Made by a program: the position numbers and the translations under genes | DNA from: an uncultured Verrucomicrobiae bacterium | GTDB taxonomy: Bacteria > Verrucomicrobiota > Verrucomicrobiia > Chthoniobacterales > Chthoniobacteraceae | Length of the DNA stretch: 64,000 bases | Assembly: GCA_963828525.1 (NCBI GenBank) | Contig: CAWHEP010000007.1 | Location: forward strand, 1 to 64,000 | Reading direction: 5' to 3' | In this document: piece by piece, positions 10,439 through 21,092 of the stretch | Position numbering within the stretch: position 1 is the stretch's first letter | Layout: every line of letters starts with the position of its first letter | The notes under the pieces: generated by a model | Databases searched by the model: none | Told to the model about the DNA's origin: nothing | The model's input: the letters and a program-made list of their open reading frames with translations, nothing else

Positions 10439-11851
10439 ATGCTTCTCACCGTCTCCACCGAACACCCCCGCGCAAGTGAACTGGGATATTTGTTCCACAA
10501 GCACCCGGCCAAGCTCCAGACCTTTGATTCAAGCTTTGGGAAAACCCACGTCTTTTATCCAGTCAACGACGGAGATCGTTGCGAAATAGCTTTGCTGCTG
10601 GATGTCGATCCCATTGGCCTTGTTCGTAAGAAGGGGCCAAGTGGAAATGCGGGAGCCTTGGAGCAGTACGTCAACGACCGGCCTTATGTCGCTTCATCCT
10701 TTCTCAGTGTGGCGATCGCGGAAGTTTTGGGATCAGCTCTTAACGGTCGCAGTAAAGATCGGCCTGATCTTGTCGAGGTGCCATTTCCCTTCCTGGTCAG
10801 GATAGCGGCTCTGCCGTGTCGCGGTGGCGATGCGCTGCTGCATAGACTTTTTGAGCCGCTCGGGTACCAGATTACGGCTGAGCGCAAACCGCTCGATCCG
10901 GAATTTCCGGCGTGGGGCGATAGCGCCTATTATACCGTGGAGTTGCGGGCCACAACCCGGTTGCAGGATCTACTTGGTCATCTTTACGTGCTCATCCCCG
11001 TGCTCGACGATGACAAGCACTACTGGGTGGGGCAGGACGAGATAGACAAGCTCATGCGCCATGGCGAAGGCTGGCTGTCCCAGCATCCCCAGCGCGAGAC
11101 CATCGTCAACCGGTATCTCAAATACCAGAGGCATCTGACTCGTGACGCCCTAGCGCAATTACTGGACGATTCCTCCGATGATCCTGATGCTACCGATCAG
11201 GCTCATTTGCACGAGGAGGAAAAGGTCGAGGAGAAGATAAGCCTCAATGAGCAACGGCTGGGAGCGGTCCTGGCAGCGCTGAAAAATAGCGGGGCAACCC
11301 GCGTTCTTGACCTCGGGTGCGGCGAAGGAAAATTGTTGCGCCTCCTTCTGGCGGAAAAACAGTTTTCAGAAATCGTCGGCATGGATGTCTCGCATCGTGT
11401 CCTGGAAATCGCCACTCAGCGCCTTCACGTCGAGCAAATGCCGGAAATGCAGCGCAAGCGGCTGAAACTCCTCCATGGCTCGCTCAACTACCGCGATGCT
11501 CGCCTGGCGGGTTTCGACGCGGCGGCAGTTGTGGAAGTGATAGAGCATCTGGACTTGCCCCGGCTCCATGCGTTCGAGCGCGTCCTGTTTGAATTTGCCA
11601 GGCCTAATTTGGTGGTCATCACCACGCCAAACGCGGAATACAACGTAAAATTCGAGACGCTTCCTGCCGGAAAATTTCGGCACAAAGACCACCGCTTCGA
11701 GTGGACGCGGGAACAGTTTCAGTCGTGGGCCAACACCACCGCCGGGCGCTTTGGCTACGCTGTTCAATTCCTCACGATTGGACCGGAAGACTCAAACGTA
11801 GGCTCGCCTACCCAAATGGGAATTTTCAAAAGGAATTCCAATGGTGCTTAA
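10439..11851 (+). CDS. hen1: 3'-terminal RNA ribose 2'-O-methyltransferase Hen1
   Basis: LGYLFHKHP N-domain, YVNDRPY, DDKHYWVG, VLDLGCGEG, EVIEH, TTPNAEYN, FRHKDHRFEWTR. Confidence 0.97.
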   Translation: MLLTVSTEHPRASELGYLFHKHPAKLQTFDSSFGKTHVFYPVNDGDRCEIALLLDVDPIGLVRKKGPSGNAGALEQYVNDRPYVASSFLSVAIAEVLGSALNGRSKDRPDLVEVPFPFLVRIAALPCRGGDALLHRLFEPLGYQITAERKPLDPEFPAWGDSAYYTVELRATTRLQDLLGHLYVLIPVLDDDKHYWVGQDEIDKLMRHGEGWLSQHPQRETIVNRYLKYQRHLTRDALAQLLDDSSDDPDATDQAHLHEEEKVEEKISLNEQRLGAVLAALKNSGATRVLDLGCGEGKLLRLLLAEKQFSEIVGMDVSHRVLEIATQRLHVEQMPEMQRKRLKLLHGSLNYRDARLAGFDAAAVVEVIEHLDLPRLHAFERVLFEFARPNLVVITTPNAEYNVKFETLPAGKFRHKDHRFEWTREQFQSWANTTAGRFGYAVQFLTIGPEDSNVGSPTQMGIFKRNSNGA

Positions 11852-14426
11852 AATTCCAGAACTCTCCCTCATCGTTCTTATCGGAGCCTCCGGTTCCGGG
11901 AAATCGACCTTTGCCCGGAAGCATTTCAAGGCGACTGAAATTTTGTCGTCGGACTATTGCCGAGGTTTGGTTAGCGACGATGAAAATAATCAGGCTGCGA
12001 CCAAAGAGGCCTTTGAAGTGCTGCGCTTCATCGCGGCAAAACGACTGGCGGCAGGCAAGCTAACCGTCATCGATGCAACTAACGTCCAGCCGGAAGCGCG
12101 GAAACCGCTCGTGGCGCTTGCGCGGGAATATCACTGCCTGCCCGTCGCGATCGTCCTCAATCTGCCAGAGAAGATTTGTCACCAGCGAAACCAGGCTCGT
12201 CCGGATCGCGACTTCGGTCCTCATGTAGTCCGTCAGCAGACTTCCCAGCTTCGACAGTCATTGCGCAGTTTGGAGCGCGAGGGGTTTCGCCATGTTCATG
12301 TCTTGAACTCGCTGGAGGAAATCGACGCTGCCGAATTCACGCGCGATCCTCTGTGGAATAATCGGAAATCAGATCACGGCCCTTTTGACATCATCGGCGA
12401 TGTCCACGGGTGCTTCGATGAATTGGTCGATCTTCTCGAAAAGCTGGGCTATGCGGTCTTTCGCAGTGAATCCGCCTTTCTAAAAGTCGAGCCGCCTCCG
12501 GGACGCAAAGCAATTTTCGTCGGCGACCTTGTCGACCGGGGACCAAAAAGCCCGGAGGTTGTCCGGCTGGTAATGGATATGGTGCAACTTGGCTCGGCTC
12601 TTGCCGTTCCAGGCAACCACGACATCAAATTTATGCGCGCCATCTAGGGCAAAAAGGTGCAGGTCACGCATGGTCTAGCCGAATCACTCCAGCAATTCGA
12701 AGCCTGCGAGGAGCATTATCCAGGGTTCAGCCGTATCGCCGCCGATTTCATGGATGAGTTGGTCAGCCACTACGTTTTTGACGACGGCAAGCTTGTCGTT
12801 GCCCACGCCGGGATGAAGGAGACAATGCAAGGACGTGGATCGGGAAAGGTCCGTGAATTTGCTCTCTTTGGCGAAACCACGGGCGAGACCGATGAGTTTG
12901 GGTTGCCCGTGCGTTATCCTTGGGCTCAGGAATATCGGGGGCGCGCGATGGTGGTGTACGGCCACACCCCTGTACCGGAACCTGAGTGGCTGAACCGCAC
13001 CATAGACATCGATACCGGCTGCGTTTTCGGCGGGAAACTGACCGCCTTGCGGTATCCCGAACTGGAACTGGTTTCCGTGCCGGCCCGGCAAACCTATGCC
13101 CAGCCCGCCCGTCCCTTTATACCAGCGGAGGATCAGGCCCCAGCGTTGACCGCGCAGCAAAGCCACGACGATGTCCTCGATCTGGCCGACGTAACCGGCA
13201 AGCGGATCATCAGTACGCGGCTGCAGCCGAATATTACCATCCGGGAAGAGAACGGAATTGCCGCCCTGGAAGTGATGAGCCGGTTTGCGGTGAACCCGAA
13301 ATGGCTGATCTATCTTCCGCCCACAATGTCCCCGAGCGAAACCTCGAATCTGCCGGACTTGCTGGAGCATCCCGCCGAAGCCTTTGCCTATTACCGACAG
13401 GAGGGTATCCCCAAGGTGATATGCGAAGAAAAGCACATGGGCTCGCGCGCTGTCGTGGTCATCTGCCGCGATGAACAAGTAGCCCTGAAGCGCTTTGGCA
13501 TTCCCCCAGGAGAAGGAGAAGGCTCTGGTGTTATTTATACGCGTACCGGACGACGCTTCTTTGAAGACCGTGCCATTGAAGCGCAGTTGCTGGCAATACT
13601 CCGGTCAGCCATGGACGCGGCTGGTTTCTGGAACGAACTAAAGACGGATTGGGCCTGCTTCGATTGCGAGTTGATGCCGTGGTCAGCCAAGGCTCAGGAA
13701 TTGATCCGCTCCCAATACGCTGCCGTGGGAGCAGCTTCGGAATCCGGCCTGGCCTGCGCCTTGGAGGTGACGAGCGCGGTTGCGGATCGTGGTCCTGATT
13801 TCCAAGCCCTCGCGGCGCGAATCAAAAATCGCTCTGAGATGGCGGCATTATATCGCGATTCGTACCGGCGCTATTGCTGGCCGGTCAGTTCCATTGCCGA
13901 TTACAAGTTGGCTCCGTTTCACCTGCTCGCGACGGAGGGCGGCGCGCATACCAGTCGCGATCACATCTGGCACATGGAAACCCTGGCAAAAGTTTGCGGA
14001 CAGGAAGTCGGCAACAAGGTTTTATTGTCCACTCCATACAAGATCATTGAGGTCACGGATGAATCGAGCCAGCAGGCCGGAATCAATTGGTGGGAAGAGA
14101 TGACCGCGCGCGGGGGTGAAGGCATGGTGGTGAAGCCGCTCGATTTCATTGCCAAAGGAAGGCGAGGCTTGGCGCAACCGGCGGTGAAATGTCGTGGACG
14201 CGAATACTTGCGTATCATCTACGGCCCGGAGTACACCGACCCGATCAACCTGTTGCGCCTGAAATCGCGAGGACTCGGAGCCAAGCGCTCATTAGCCATG
14301 CGTGAATTTGCTCTCGGTATCGAAGCCTTGGAACGATTCGTTCGACACGAACCGCTGCGCCGCGTCCACGAATGCGTTTTCGGCGTGCTCGCGCTAGAAA
14401 GCGAACCCGTCGATCCACGCCTCTGA
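11841..14426 (+). CDS. pnkp: Polynucleotide kinase-phosphatase-ligase Pnkp (in-frame TAG at 12645-12647)
   Basis: P-loop GASGSGKS; metallophosphatase DVHG, GDLVDRG, GNHD, GHT; ligase EEKHMGSR, EGMVVKP; C-terminal ESEPVDPRL; ORFs 11841..12647 and 12657..14426 share one frame. Confidence 0.95.
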
Positions 14427-14460
14427 CAAACCCCTCCCAAAACCCCCAGCGTCCAGCTCT

Positions 14461-14650
14461 CACGCCCAGCAACAAACCCGCTCCGAAAAACCTCCCCAGG
14501 TCCCCCTCACTCGCTCCCCCTCTGCCTCGCTAACAAGTTGCACTTGGTAGCGCAATTGTCTTCGAAGTTGCACTTCGCCCCCCTCCGTCATAACCCCGAC
14601 GCGCCAAAGCCTGCAACCCGCCAAACGCGCCGCAAACCGGCTCGCATATC
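14461..14650 (+). repeat. Composite REP-like repeat
   Basis: CAAGTTGCACTTGGTAGCGCAATTGTCTTCGAAGTTGCAC shared with 19590-19629; CAGCAACAAACCCGCT shared with ~20583. Confidence 0.85.
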
Positions 14651-14677
14651 CCGCCGCCCCGCCCTATATATGGCTCC

Positions 14678-17461
14678 ATGCGCCCCCGCTCCCTAGCTAT
14701 AAATCTCGCAGCCATCCTGACCCTCGCCACGGCCGTAGCCGCGCCCGCCCAGGAAACCCCGACCGCCGATTCCACCTGCCACCCCGAGCGGTTGCGATGC
14801 GAGTACCTGGTAAACCCGCTAGGCGTCGGCGTTCTCCGCCCAAGACTCGACTGGATGCTCGCCGGCTCCGCGCAGACCCCGCGCAACGTCTCCCAGGCCG
14901 CCTACCAGATCCTTGTCGCATCCTCCCCGGAGACCCTCGCCAAAAACCAGGGCGACCTCTGGGATAGCGGGAAGGTCGCCTCCAGCGAAACCACCTTCAT
15001 CCCGTACGCGGGCGCGCCTTTGGTCTCCAGGGAGTCCTGCTACTGGAAGGTGAGGGTGTGGGATTCCCTTGGGAAAGCCAGCGCATGGAGCGAACCTGCC
15101 CGGTGGGAAATGGGCCTGTTGAAACCCGAGGACTGGCAGGCAAAATGGATCGAAGCCACGCCACCGGCGGGATTCAAGGGCGAGTATGCGCCCGTGCCCA
15201 TCCTCCGCGCCGACATAGCGCTCTCCGAAAAGCCGATCCTCAAGGCGCGGCTCTACATCACCGCGCTGGGACTATACGAGGCGCGGGTGAATGGCCGGAA
15301 GGTAGGCGACACCGTGTTCGCTCCGGACTGGACCGATTATAACAAGCGCGTCCGTTACCAGGCGTACGATGTCACGGGTCTTGTGCGGCCCGGCGCGAAT
15401 GCCCTCGCCGCGTTGCTCGGCAACGGATGGTATGCCGGCCAGATCGGCAACGGCGGCTTCCAGGCATGGGGCAAAGTGCCAGCCCTCTTCGCCCAACTGG
15501 AGGTTTCGCACGCGGACGGCAGCGTGGAACGCTTTGCCACCGGGTCCTCTTGGAAGACCCGGCCCAGCCCCATCCTCGCCTCCGACTTCATGAAAGGCGA
15601 GGAATACGACGCCCGCCTGGAGCTTCGAGGCTGGGACGAGCCCGCGCTCGATACCTCTGTCGAGAGATCCATGCCCCCGTGGGCGCCCGCCACCGAGCGG
15701 GAGGAGCACCCCCGTTCCCTCGACTCGCAAGTGGATGAGCCGGTCCTCCAGACCGCCGAGCTGCGCCCCAAATCCATGAACCAGCCCCAGCCGGGCCAAT
15801 ACGTGTTCGACCTCGGCCAGAACATGGTCGGCTTCGTTCGCCTCCGGGTTGCCGCGCCCGCGGGCACAAAAGTCACCCTGCGCCACGCGGAGATGCTGAA
15901 TCCAGACGGCACGGTCTATACTAAAAACCTGCGCGGCGCCCCATCCGTGGATACCTACGTCTGCAAAGGCGGCGGAGTCGAGACATGGCAGCCCCACTTT
16001 ACATTCCACGGCTTCCGTTACGTGGAACTCACCGGCCTCCCGGGCTCGCCCGCGCCGGACGCGGTCACGGGCGTCGTCGTCGGCACGGGCATCCCTCGCC
16101 CGGGCGTATTCTCGTGCTCCGACCCGGCGATCAATCAGCTCCAGTCAAACATCCAGTGGGGCATGCGCGGCAACTACCTCTCCGTCCCGACCGATTGCCC
16201 GCAGCGCGACGAGCGCATGGGCTGGATGGGCGACGCCGAGGTCTTCGTCCGCAGCGCCGCTTATAACGGCGACGTGGCCGCCTTCTTCACCAAATGGCTC
16301 GTGGATGTGGACGACGCCCAGAATGCCGATGGCGCTTTCACCGATGTCTCTCCGTCCCCGCCCGGCCGCGGCCATGGCAACGGAGGCGTGCCCGCGTGGG
16401 GCGACGCCGGTGTCATCTGCCCTTGGACGATCTATCTCATGTACGGCGACAAGGGCATCCTCCAGCAAAACCTGCCAGCCATGACCCGCTGGGTTGAATG
16501 GTGCCGCGACCATAGCAAGAATCTCATCCGCGATCATGGCCGCGGCCCGGACTACGGCGATTGGCTATCGCAGGGAGCCAAGACCCCCAAGGAGTTGATC
16601 GGCACCGCCTACTTCGCCCATTCCACCTCCCTGCTCGCGCAGGCATACCGCGCGGTCGGGGACGGGCCTTCCGCGGACAAATACCAGCAGCTCTTCGAGC
16701 AGATCAAGGCCGCTTTCGACCAGCGTTATGTGGACCCGGATGGGCGAGTGGCCGGAGGCACCCAGAGCTCCTATTGCATGGCCATGCGCTTCGGTCTCCT
16801 GCCGGACGCTCTCCAGGCAAAGGCGGGCGAATACCTCGAAGCCGACGTGAAGGCGCATAACGATCACCTCACCACCGGCTTCATCGGCGTCGGCCAGCTT
16901 TTGCCCGCCCTGTGTTCGCAGGACAAAGTGGCCACCGCCTATCGCGTCTTTCAACAGGAGAGCTTCCCCTCCTGGCTCTTCTCCGTCAAACACGGCGCCA
17001 CCACCATCTGGGAGCGTTGGGACGGGTGGACGCCCGAGAAGGGATTCCAGGACCCACGCATGAACTCGTTTAACCACTACTCGCTGGGTTCCTGCGGGGA
17101 ATGGATGTTCGACACTGTCGCCGGCATCGGCGTCGATCCCGCCCGGCCAGGGTTCGGCCACATCATTATCCGGCCCCGGCCAGGAGGCACCCTGACTTCC
17201 GCCCAGGGAACGTTCGACTCCATCCACGGCAAGATCACTACCCAGTGGACGGCGCATGACGGCGCCTTCGAACTCCACGTCACCCTCCCTGTTAATACCA
17301 CCGCCACCGTCATCCTCCCCACCGCCGACGGCGCTTCCGCGCGCGAAAGCGGGCAGCCGATCTCCGCGCGCCCCGAGATCAAAACCGTCTCGCGCCAGGA
17401 CGCCGGAGCTGCCTATGAGGTGGGCTCCGGAGATTACACGTTCACGTGCCGTCTCCCCTGA
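14678..17461 (+). CDS. Alpha-L-rhamnosidase, GH78, secreted
   Basis: Signal peptide; LRCEYLVNPLG, DLGQNMVG, FTFHGFRYVE, PTDCPQRDERMGWMGD, GATTIWERWD, MNSFNHY. Confidence 0.95.
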   Translation: MRPRSLAINLAAILTLATAVAAPAQETPTADSTCHPERLRCEYLVNPLGVGVLRPRLDWMLAGSAQTPRNVSQAAYQILVASSPETLAKNQGDLWDSGKVASSETTFIPYAGAPLVSRESCYWKVRVWDSLGKASAWSEPARWEMGLLKPEDWQAKWIEATPPAGFKGEYAPVPILRADIALSEKPILKARLYITALGLYEARVNGRKVGDTVFAPDWTDYNKRVRYQAYDVTGLVRPGANALAALLGNGWYAGQIGNGGFQAWGKVPALFAQLEVSHADGSVERFATGSSWKTRPSPILASDFMKGEEYDARLELRGWDEPALDTSVERSMPPWAPATEREEHPRSLDSQVDEPVLQTAELRPKSMNQPQPGQYVFDLGQNMVGFVRLRVAAPAGTKVTLRHAEMLNPDGTVYTKNLRGAPSVDTYVCKGGGVETWQPHFTFHGFRYVELTGLPGSPAPDAVTGVVVGTGIPRPGVFSCSDPAINQLQSNIQWGMRGNYLSVPTDCPQRDERMGWMGDAEVFVRSAAYNGDVAAFFTKWLVDVDDAQNADGAFTDVSPSPPGRGHGNGGVPAWGDAGVICPWTIYLMYGDKGILQQNLPAMTRWVEWCRDHSKNLIRDHGRGPDYGDWLSQGAKTPKELIGTAYFAHSTSLLAQAYRAVGDGPSADKYQQLFEQIKAAFDQRYVDPDGRVAGGTQSSYCMAMRFGLLPDALQAKAGEYLEADVKAHNDHLTTGFIGVGQLLPALCSQDKVATAYRVFQQESFPSWLFSVKHGATTIWERWDGWTPEKGFQDPRMNSFNHYSLGSCGEWMFDTVAGIGVDPARPGFGHIIIRPRPGGTLTSAQGTFDSIHGKITTQWTAHDGAFELHVTLPVNTTATVILPTADGASARESGQPISARPEIKTVSRQDAGAAYEVGSGDYTFTCRLP

Positions 17462-17526
17462 CGCAGACCGAAACCAACTAGGGAACGGCATCGTCGAGAG
17501 CCTTGCGTCCTCTTCGGGCGGCCCGA

Positions 17527-19173
17527 CTATTTCAGCGTCTTCTTGAACGCGGTCAGCGCGCTCGCGGGGAGATTCGTCACCGTTGCGAGACCCGATACTT
17601 TGAAACTAATGGCCGATTTGCACGGCAGCACGGCCGGCAGCGTGATCTCCAGGCCATTGGCGGTCCGGGTCCAGTGGAGCTTTTCCGCGCTCCCCAGCAG
17701 CGTCACGGAAGTCGGTTCTCCAGTCACCAACGGGGATGCTGTCGCCAGGGCGCTGATCACCACCTGTCCGGTCGGCACGCCGAGCGTGATCGCGTAGAGG
17801 TTGCCGCCCTTCTGGGTGAAACGGATATCAGTCGCGGCGAATTTGCCATTCTCGTGAAACGCGCCACCGTTGAATTTCGAGGAGCCTTCGCCGTAAACAG
17901 TCCAGGGGCGCGTGCCGAACAGCGCGTCTCCGTTGATCGCGATCCAGTTGGCCATCTCGCGCAGGAAGGTGACCATCTCCGGAGGAAGGCTGCCATCCGG
18001 GAACAGGGTCACATTCAGCAGTAGATTGCCGTTTTTGCTCACGATGTCGGTCAGGATGTGGATCACTTCGTCCGTCGACCGGTAGCGGTCGCGTGGAACC
18101 CAGAACCATTCGCCCATGGAAGTGTCTGTCTGCCACGGCAGCGGCTCGATGTCCGTCATCATGCCGCGCTCGAGATCCTGAACGCACGAGCCATCGATAA
18201 AATCCGTCTTGTTGTAGTTCTTCTTGCAGCAATAAACCGCCTCCTGTTTCCCCCCGTTCGCCTGGATGCCCTCATTATAAAGTTGCGCCACGATATTCCG
18301 CCCCGCCTGCCCAAACGGTAAACCCCCGTCGCTATAGAGGAGATCGGGCTTGTAGCGGGTGATCAGGTCGTAGATGCGGGCATACCATTCCTGCGCCCAG
18401 CGCGGATCCTTGCTATACCAGCCAGTGTCGCCGGGCGCCGCGGGCAGTTGATAAAGGTCCCAATTGGCCGGGCTCGCCCCGTCGTACGGCACCCCGGCGA
18501 AAGGGCCCGCCTTGTCGGAGCCATGGGAGGACTGCATGAAGGTGAAACTGTGGCCCAGATGTTCCGAAACGCCGAAGGGCAGACCCTGTCTCTTCGCCGC
18601 CGCCTGCCAGATGCCCACCATGTCTTTGTGCGGGCCGACATTCACCGAGTTCCACTTGTGGTATTTGGAATCCCAGTTGTCGAAATTGTCGTGATGCACC
18701 GCTTGCGCGACAAAATAGTGCGCTCCCGCCGCCTTGTAGAGCTCCATCAACCGCTCGGGCTCCCACTTCTCCGCCTTCCACAGCGGCAGCATGTCCTTGT
18801 ATCCCACCTTCGACGGATGGCCGTAGATCTTGATGTGAGAGTCGTAAGCGCGATGGCCATATCGCTTCTCGTCAATGTACATCTGCCGGGCGTACCAGTC
18901 TCCATCCCCCGGCACAGCTTGAGGCCCCCAATGCGCCCAGATTCCGAACTTCCCGTCACGAAACCAGTCCGGACATTGAAAGGTCTTTAGAGATTCCGCC
19001 GTTCCCTTAAACGGCCCGGCAAGCAAAGGCAAAGACTCCGATTTCGGGATCGGGATGGCGTGAGTCTCCGGTGGGTAAACGACCTGCGCCAAAGCGCCGA
19101 ACGACGGCCAAAGGACAAAGACAAGACCGGCAAAAAAACAACGCGGTTTGCCGAATGAATTTTTGCGGGTCAT
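17527..19173 (-). CDS. Alpha-L-fucosidase, GH29, secreted
   Basis: PDWFRDGKFGIWAHWG, AVHHDNF, PDLLYSDG, DIVSKNGNLLLN, GDALFGTRPW; start set at MTRKN before the signal peptide. Confidence 0.92.
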   Translation of the reverse strand: MTRKNSFGKPRCFFAGLVFVLWPSFGALAQVVYPPETHAIPIPKSESLPLLAGPFKGTAESLKTFQCPDWFRDGKFGIWAHWGPQAVPGDGDWYARQMYIDEKRYGHRAYDSHIKIYGHPSKVGYKDMLPLWKAEKWEPERLMELYKAAGAHYFVAQAVHHDNFDNWDSKYHKWNSVNVGPHKDMVGIWQAAAKRQGLPFGVSEHLGHSFTFMQSSHGSDKAGPFAGVPYDGASPANWDLYQLPAAPGDTGWYSKDPRWAQEWYARIYDLITRYKPDLLYSDGGLPFGQAGRNIVAQLYNEGIQANGGKQEAVYCCKKNYNKTDFIDGSCVQDLERGMMTDIEPLPWQTDTSMGEWFWVPRDRYRSTDEVIHILTDIVSKNGNLLLNVTLFPDGSLPPEMVTFLREMANWIAINGDALFGTRPWTVYGEGSSKFNGGAFHENGKFAATDIRFTQKGGNLYAITLGVPTGQVVISALATASPLVTGEPTSVTLLGSAEKLHWTRTANGLEITLPAVLPCKSAISFKVSGLATVTNLPASALTAFKKTLK

Positions 19174-19319
19174 TCCGGAGCTTTCTGGTTGTAACATCAT
19201 ATGGAGACCGTCGATTCTGCCGCCTTCCACCCAGGAAAACGGGCTTTCCATATTGCATGTATTCCTTACTCTGCATCCAGCCTAATCTCGGGATTAGGGA
19301 AACTCCCCAATCCGCCTCG

Positions 19320-19630
19320 CAACAACCCCGCTATCATCTCCCTGAGTAGTGAATCCCAATGGTAGGGAAGCCTCGCCGAGGCGTCCGCAACCTCTGTACG
19401 CCCGGCAACCCGCCCGGAACATAACTCCTAAGCACGCCCCCTGCAACACCCCAAACCCCGCTATCATCACCCAAGGTAGGAAAGCCCAAGGTAGGAAGCC
19501 TCGCCGAGGCGTCCGCAACCTCTATACGCACGGCAAGAAACCCGCAAGGAAGAAACTCCCCAAACCGCGCAGCCTAATAATCTCGCTACCAAGTTGCACT
19601 TGGTAGCGCAATTGTCTTCGAAGTTGCACC
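19320..19630 (+). repeat. BIME-like cluster: two GTAG REPs plus an AAGTTGCACTT palindrome
   Basis: GTAGGGAAGCCTCGCCGAGGCGTCC at 19362-19386 and a near-identical copy at 19491-19514; CGCTACCAAGT-TGC-ACTTGGTAGCG 11-bp stem at 19584-19608. Confidence 0.9.
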
Positions 19631-19671
19631 TTACTCCCCGCAACAAACCGACCACGTTAGACAAGAAGAAG

Positions 19672-20235
19672 ATGAACATCACGCGTTTACTAGTGATAAC
19701 TTTGCTGCTGTTCGGTAGTGCACCCGGAAGGGGAGAAATCCCAATCGGAAAGCGCTTCGATTCTCCAAACGGGCGATACTCTGTCAGGTTGGTCGAATCC
19801 GATCGTGAGATTCATTTCGCAATACACGACAGGAAAAGTAAAGTGACCGACTCTTCTATTCGAATGCCGACGGTTCTTTTATACTTGCGGTGGGGCGCGC
19901 ATTCGAAAGCCATTGTGACCGTTGAGCATATTGCCAGAGGCTCCTATGGGCGGGTCATCTATTTGCAGAATGAGAAATGGATGAACGTCGAAGTTAATCC
20001 GCCACCTGTTGGATTCACGGATAGCGCAGTCATCGCGTTAAAAATCCGCAGAGACATCGCCCATTTACGATTCGTCGCCACTCACGAAAATGAAAGGGGA
20101 TATCCTTTGGACTACGCGTTATGCAGTATGGATGTGAGTCTGAAAACGGGAGCGATGTCCACGATCACGCAAAGCGCGGTAAGTCAAAATACCGCGTATA
20201 AGCTTTTGACGCGGAAACGGTTTTATGACGACTAA
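19672..20235 (+). CDS. Secreted hypothetical protein
   Basis: MNITRLLVITLLLFGS signal, SPNGRY beta-rich motif, lower GC. Confidence 0.6.
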   Translation: MNITRLLVITLLLFGSAPGRGEIPIGKRFDSPNGRYSVRLVESDREIHFAIHDRKSKVTDSSIRMPTVLLYLRWGAHSKAIVTVEHIARGSYGRVIYLQNEKWMNVEVNPPPVGFTDSAVIALKIRRDIAHLRFVATHENERGYPLDYALCSMDVSLKTGAMSTITQSAVSQNTAYKLLTRKRFYDD

Positions 20236-20509
20236 TGCAGCGCAGAGACTCTTTCTAATCGCGGCCATAATACTGACGTCATATTGTGGTGTGTTGTTTC
20301 TTGTAACCCGCGAACGGGCCAATGCGGAAGCTTCTAAAGAACATCTTTCGGTGAGCAGCCGGAAGGTCAGGGTTTGCATTCAATCGGGCCTGTTGGCGCC
20401 GTGTATCGAATATCGCTTCGAGTCAGAAGAAACCCGAACCGAACCAGTGTATCTTCCCTACATCAGGTATAGTCTATTCGGCGACGTCGTCGAGGACCGC
20501 CTAAAATAA
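20225..20509 (+). CDS. Small hypothetical membrane protein
   Basis: Overlaps the upstream stop; N-terminal TM LFLIAAIILTSYCGVLFLV. Confidence 0.45.
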   Translation: MTTNAAQRLFLIAAIILTSYCGVLFLVTRERANAEASKEHLSVSSRKVRVCIQSGLLAPCIEYRFESEETRTEPVYLPYIRYSLFGDVVEDRLK

Positions 20510-20527
20510 TAGCCCTTCGCCTCCAAA

Positions 20528-20720
20528 TAGGGAATCCCAAGGTAGGGAAGCCTCGCCGAGGCGACCGCAACCTCTACACGCTCAGCAACAAACCCGCTTA
20601 GACCAAACTCTTCAAACCGCCCCGCCTAACTAGCCTCCTCCTCTCCTTGTCGTCTCTAAGTTGCACTTGGTAACACGCCCTATCTTCGAAGTTGCGCTTC
20701 GCTGCCCTCCGTCATCTCCC
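20528..20720 (+). repeat. Composite REP-like repeat
   Basis: GTAGGGAAGCCTCGCCGAGGCGACC at 20542-20566, then AAGTTGCACTTGGTAAC...TCTTCGAAGTTGCGCTTCG..CCCTCCGTCAT. Confidence 0.85.
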
Positions 20721-21092
20721 TCTAAATTAGAATATGTAGACGTCGGCTCCATGGAATGATCCACCGCTTTGTGATGGTGATGCAACTTATCTTTATTTAA
20801 TAATAATTGTCCTTTGCTATGTTCCGATACGTTGCGGAACAAAGGCCTACAGAATGGTAGGGCTTGGAGCATTGCTCCTTGCAGCTTCTTTGATGATTGT
20901 AGAGGTGAGACAGGATGCCGATGCTTCTGCGCGCTTAAAGCGAAAGAGCGAAATATTCAGACGAACCGATGATGAGAGAAAGGCCCTGCGTTGGCCTCCT
21001 CCGCTTTCCTACTTGAGCAGGATATGAGGTTTCCGCTGCCCGAGATGTCACGGGCCCGCAGCGGCGGGTGCGCCGTCTCCCTTGATTAGGCC

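Noticed and set aside
19320..20720. Possible CRISPR array
   Set aside because: Repeats are degenerate, irregularly spaced GTAG-palindrome type, with no cas genes
10289..20720. Classical integron with attC sites
   Set aside because: No intI, no recognisable RYYYAAC...GTTRRRY attC pattern, and cargo includes convergent multi-gene blocks
20720..21090. AT-rich stretch with short minus-strand ORFs
   Set aside because: No recognisable domain or RNA structure; probably a decayed fragment
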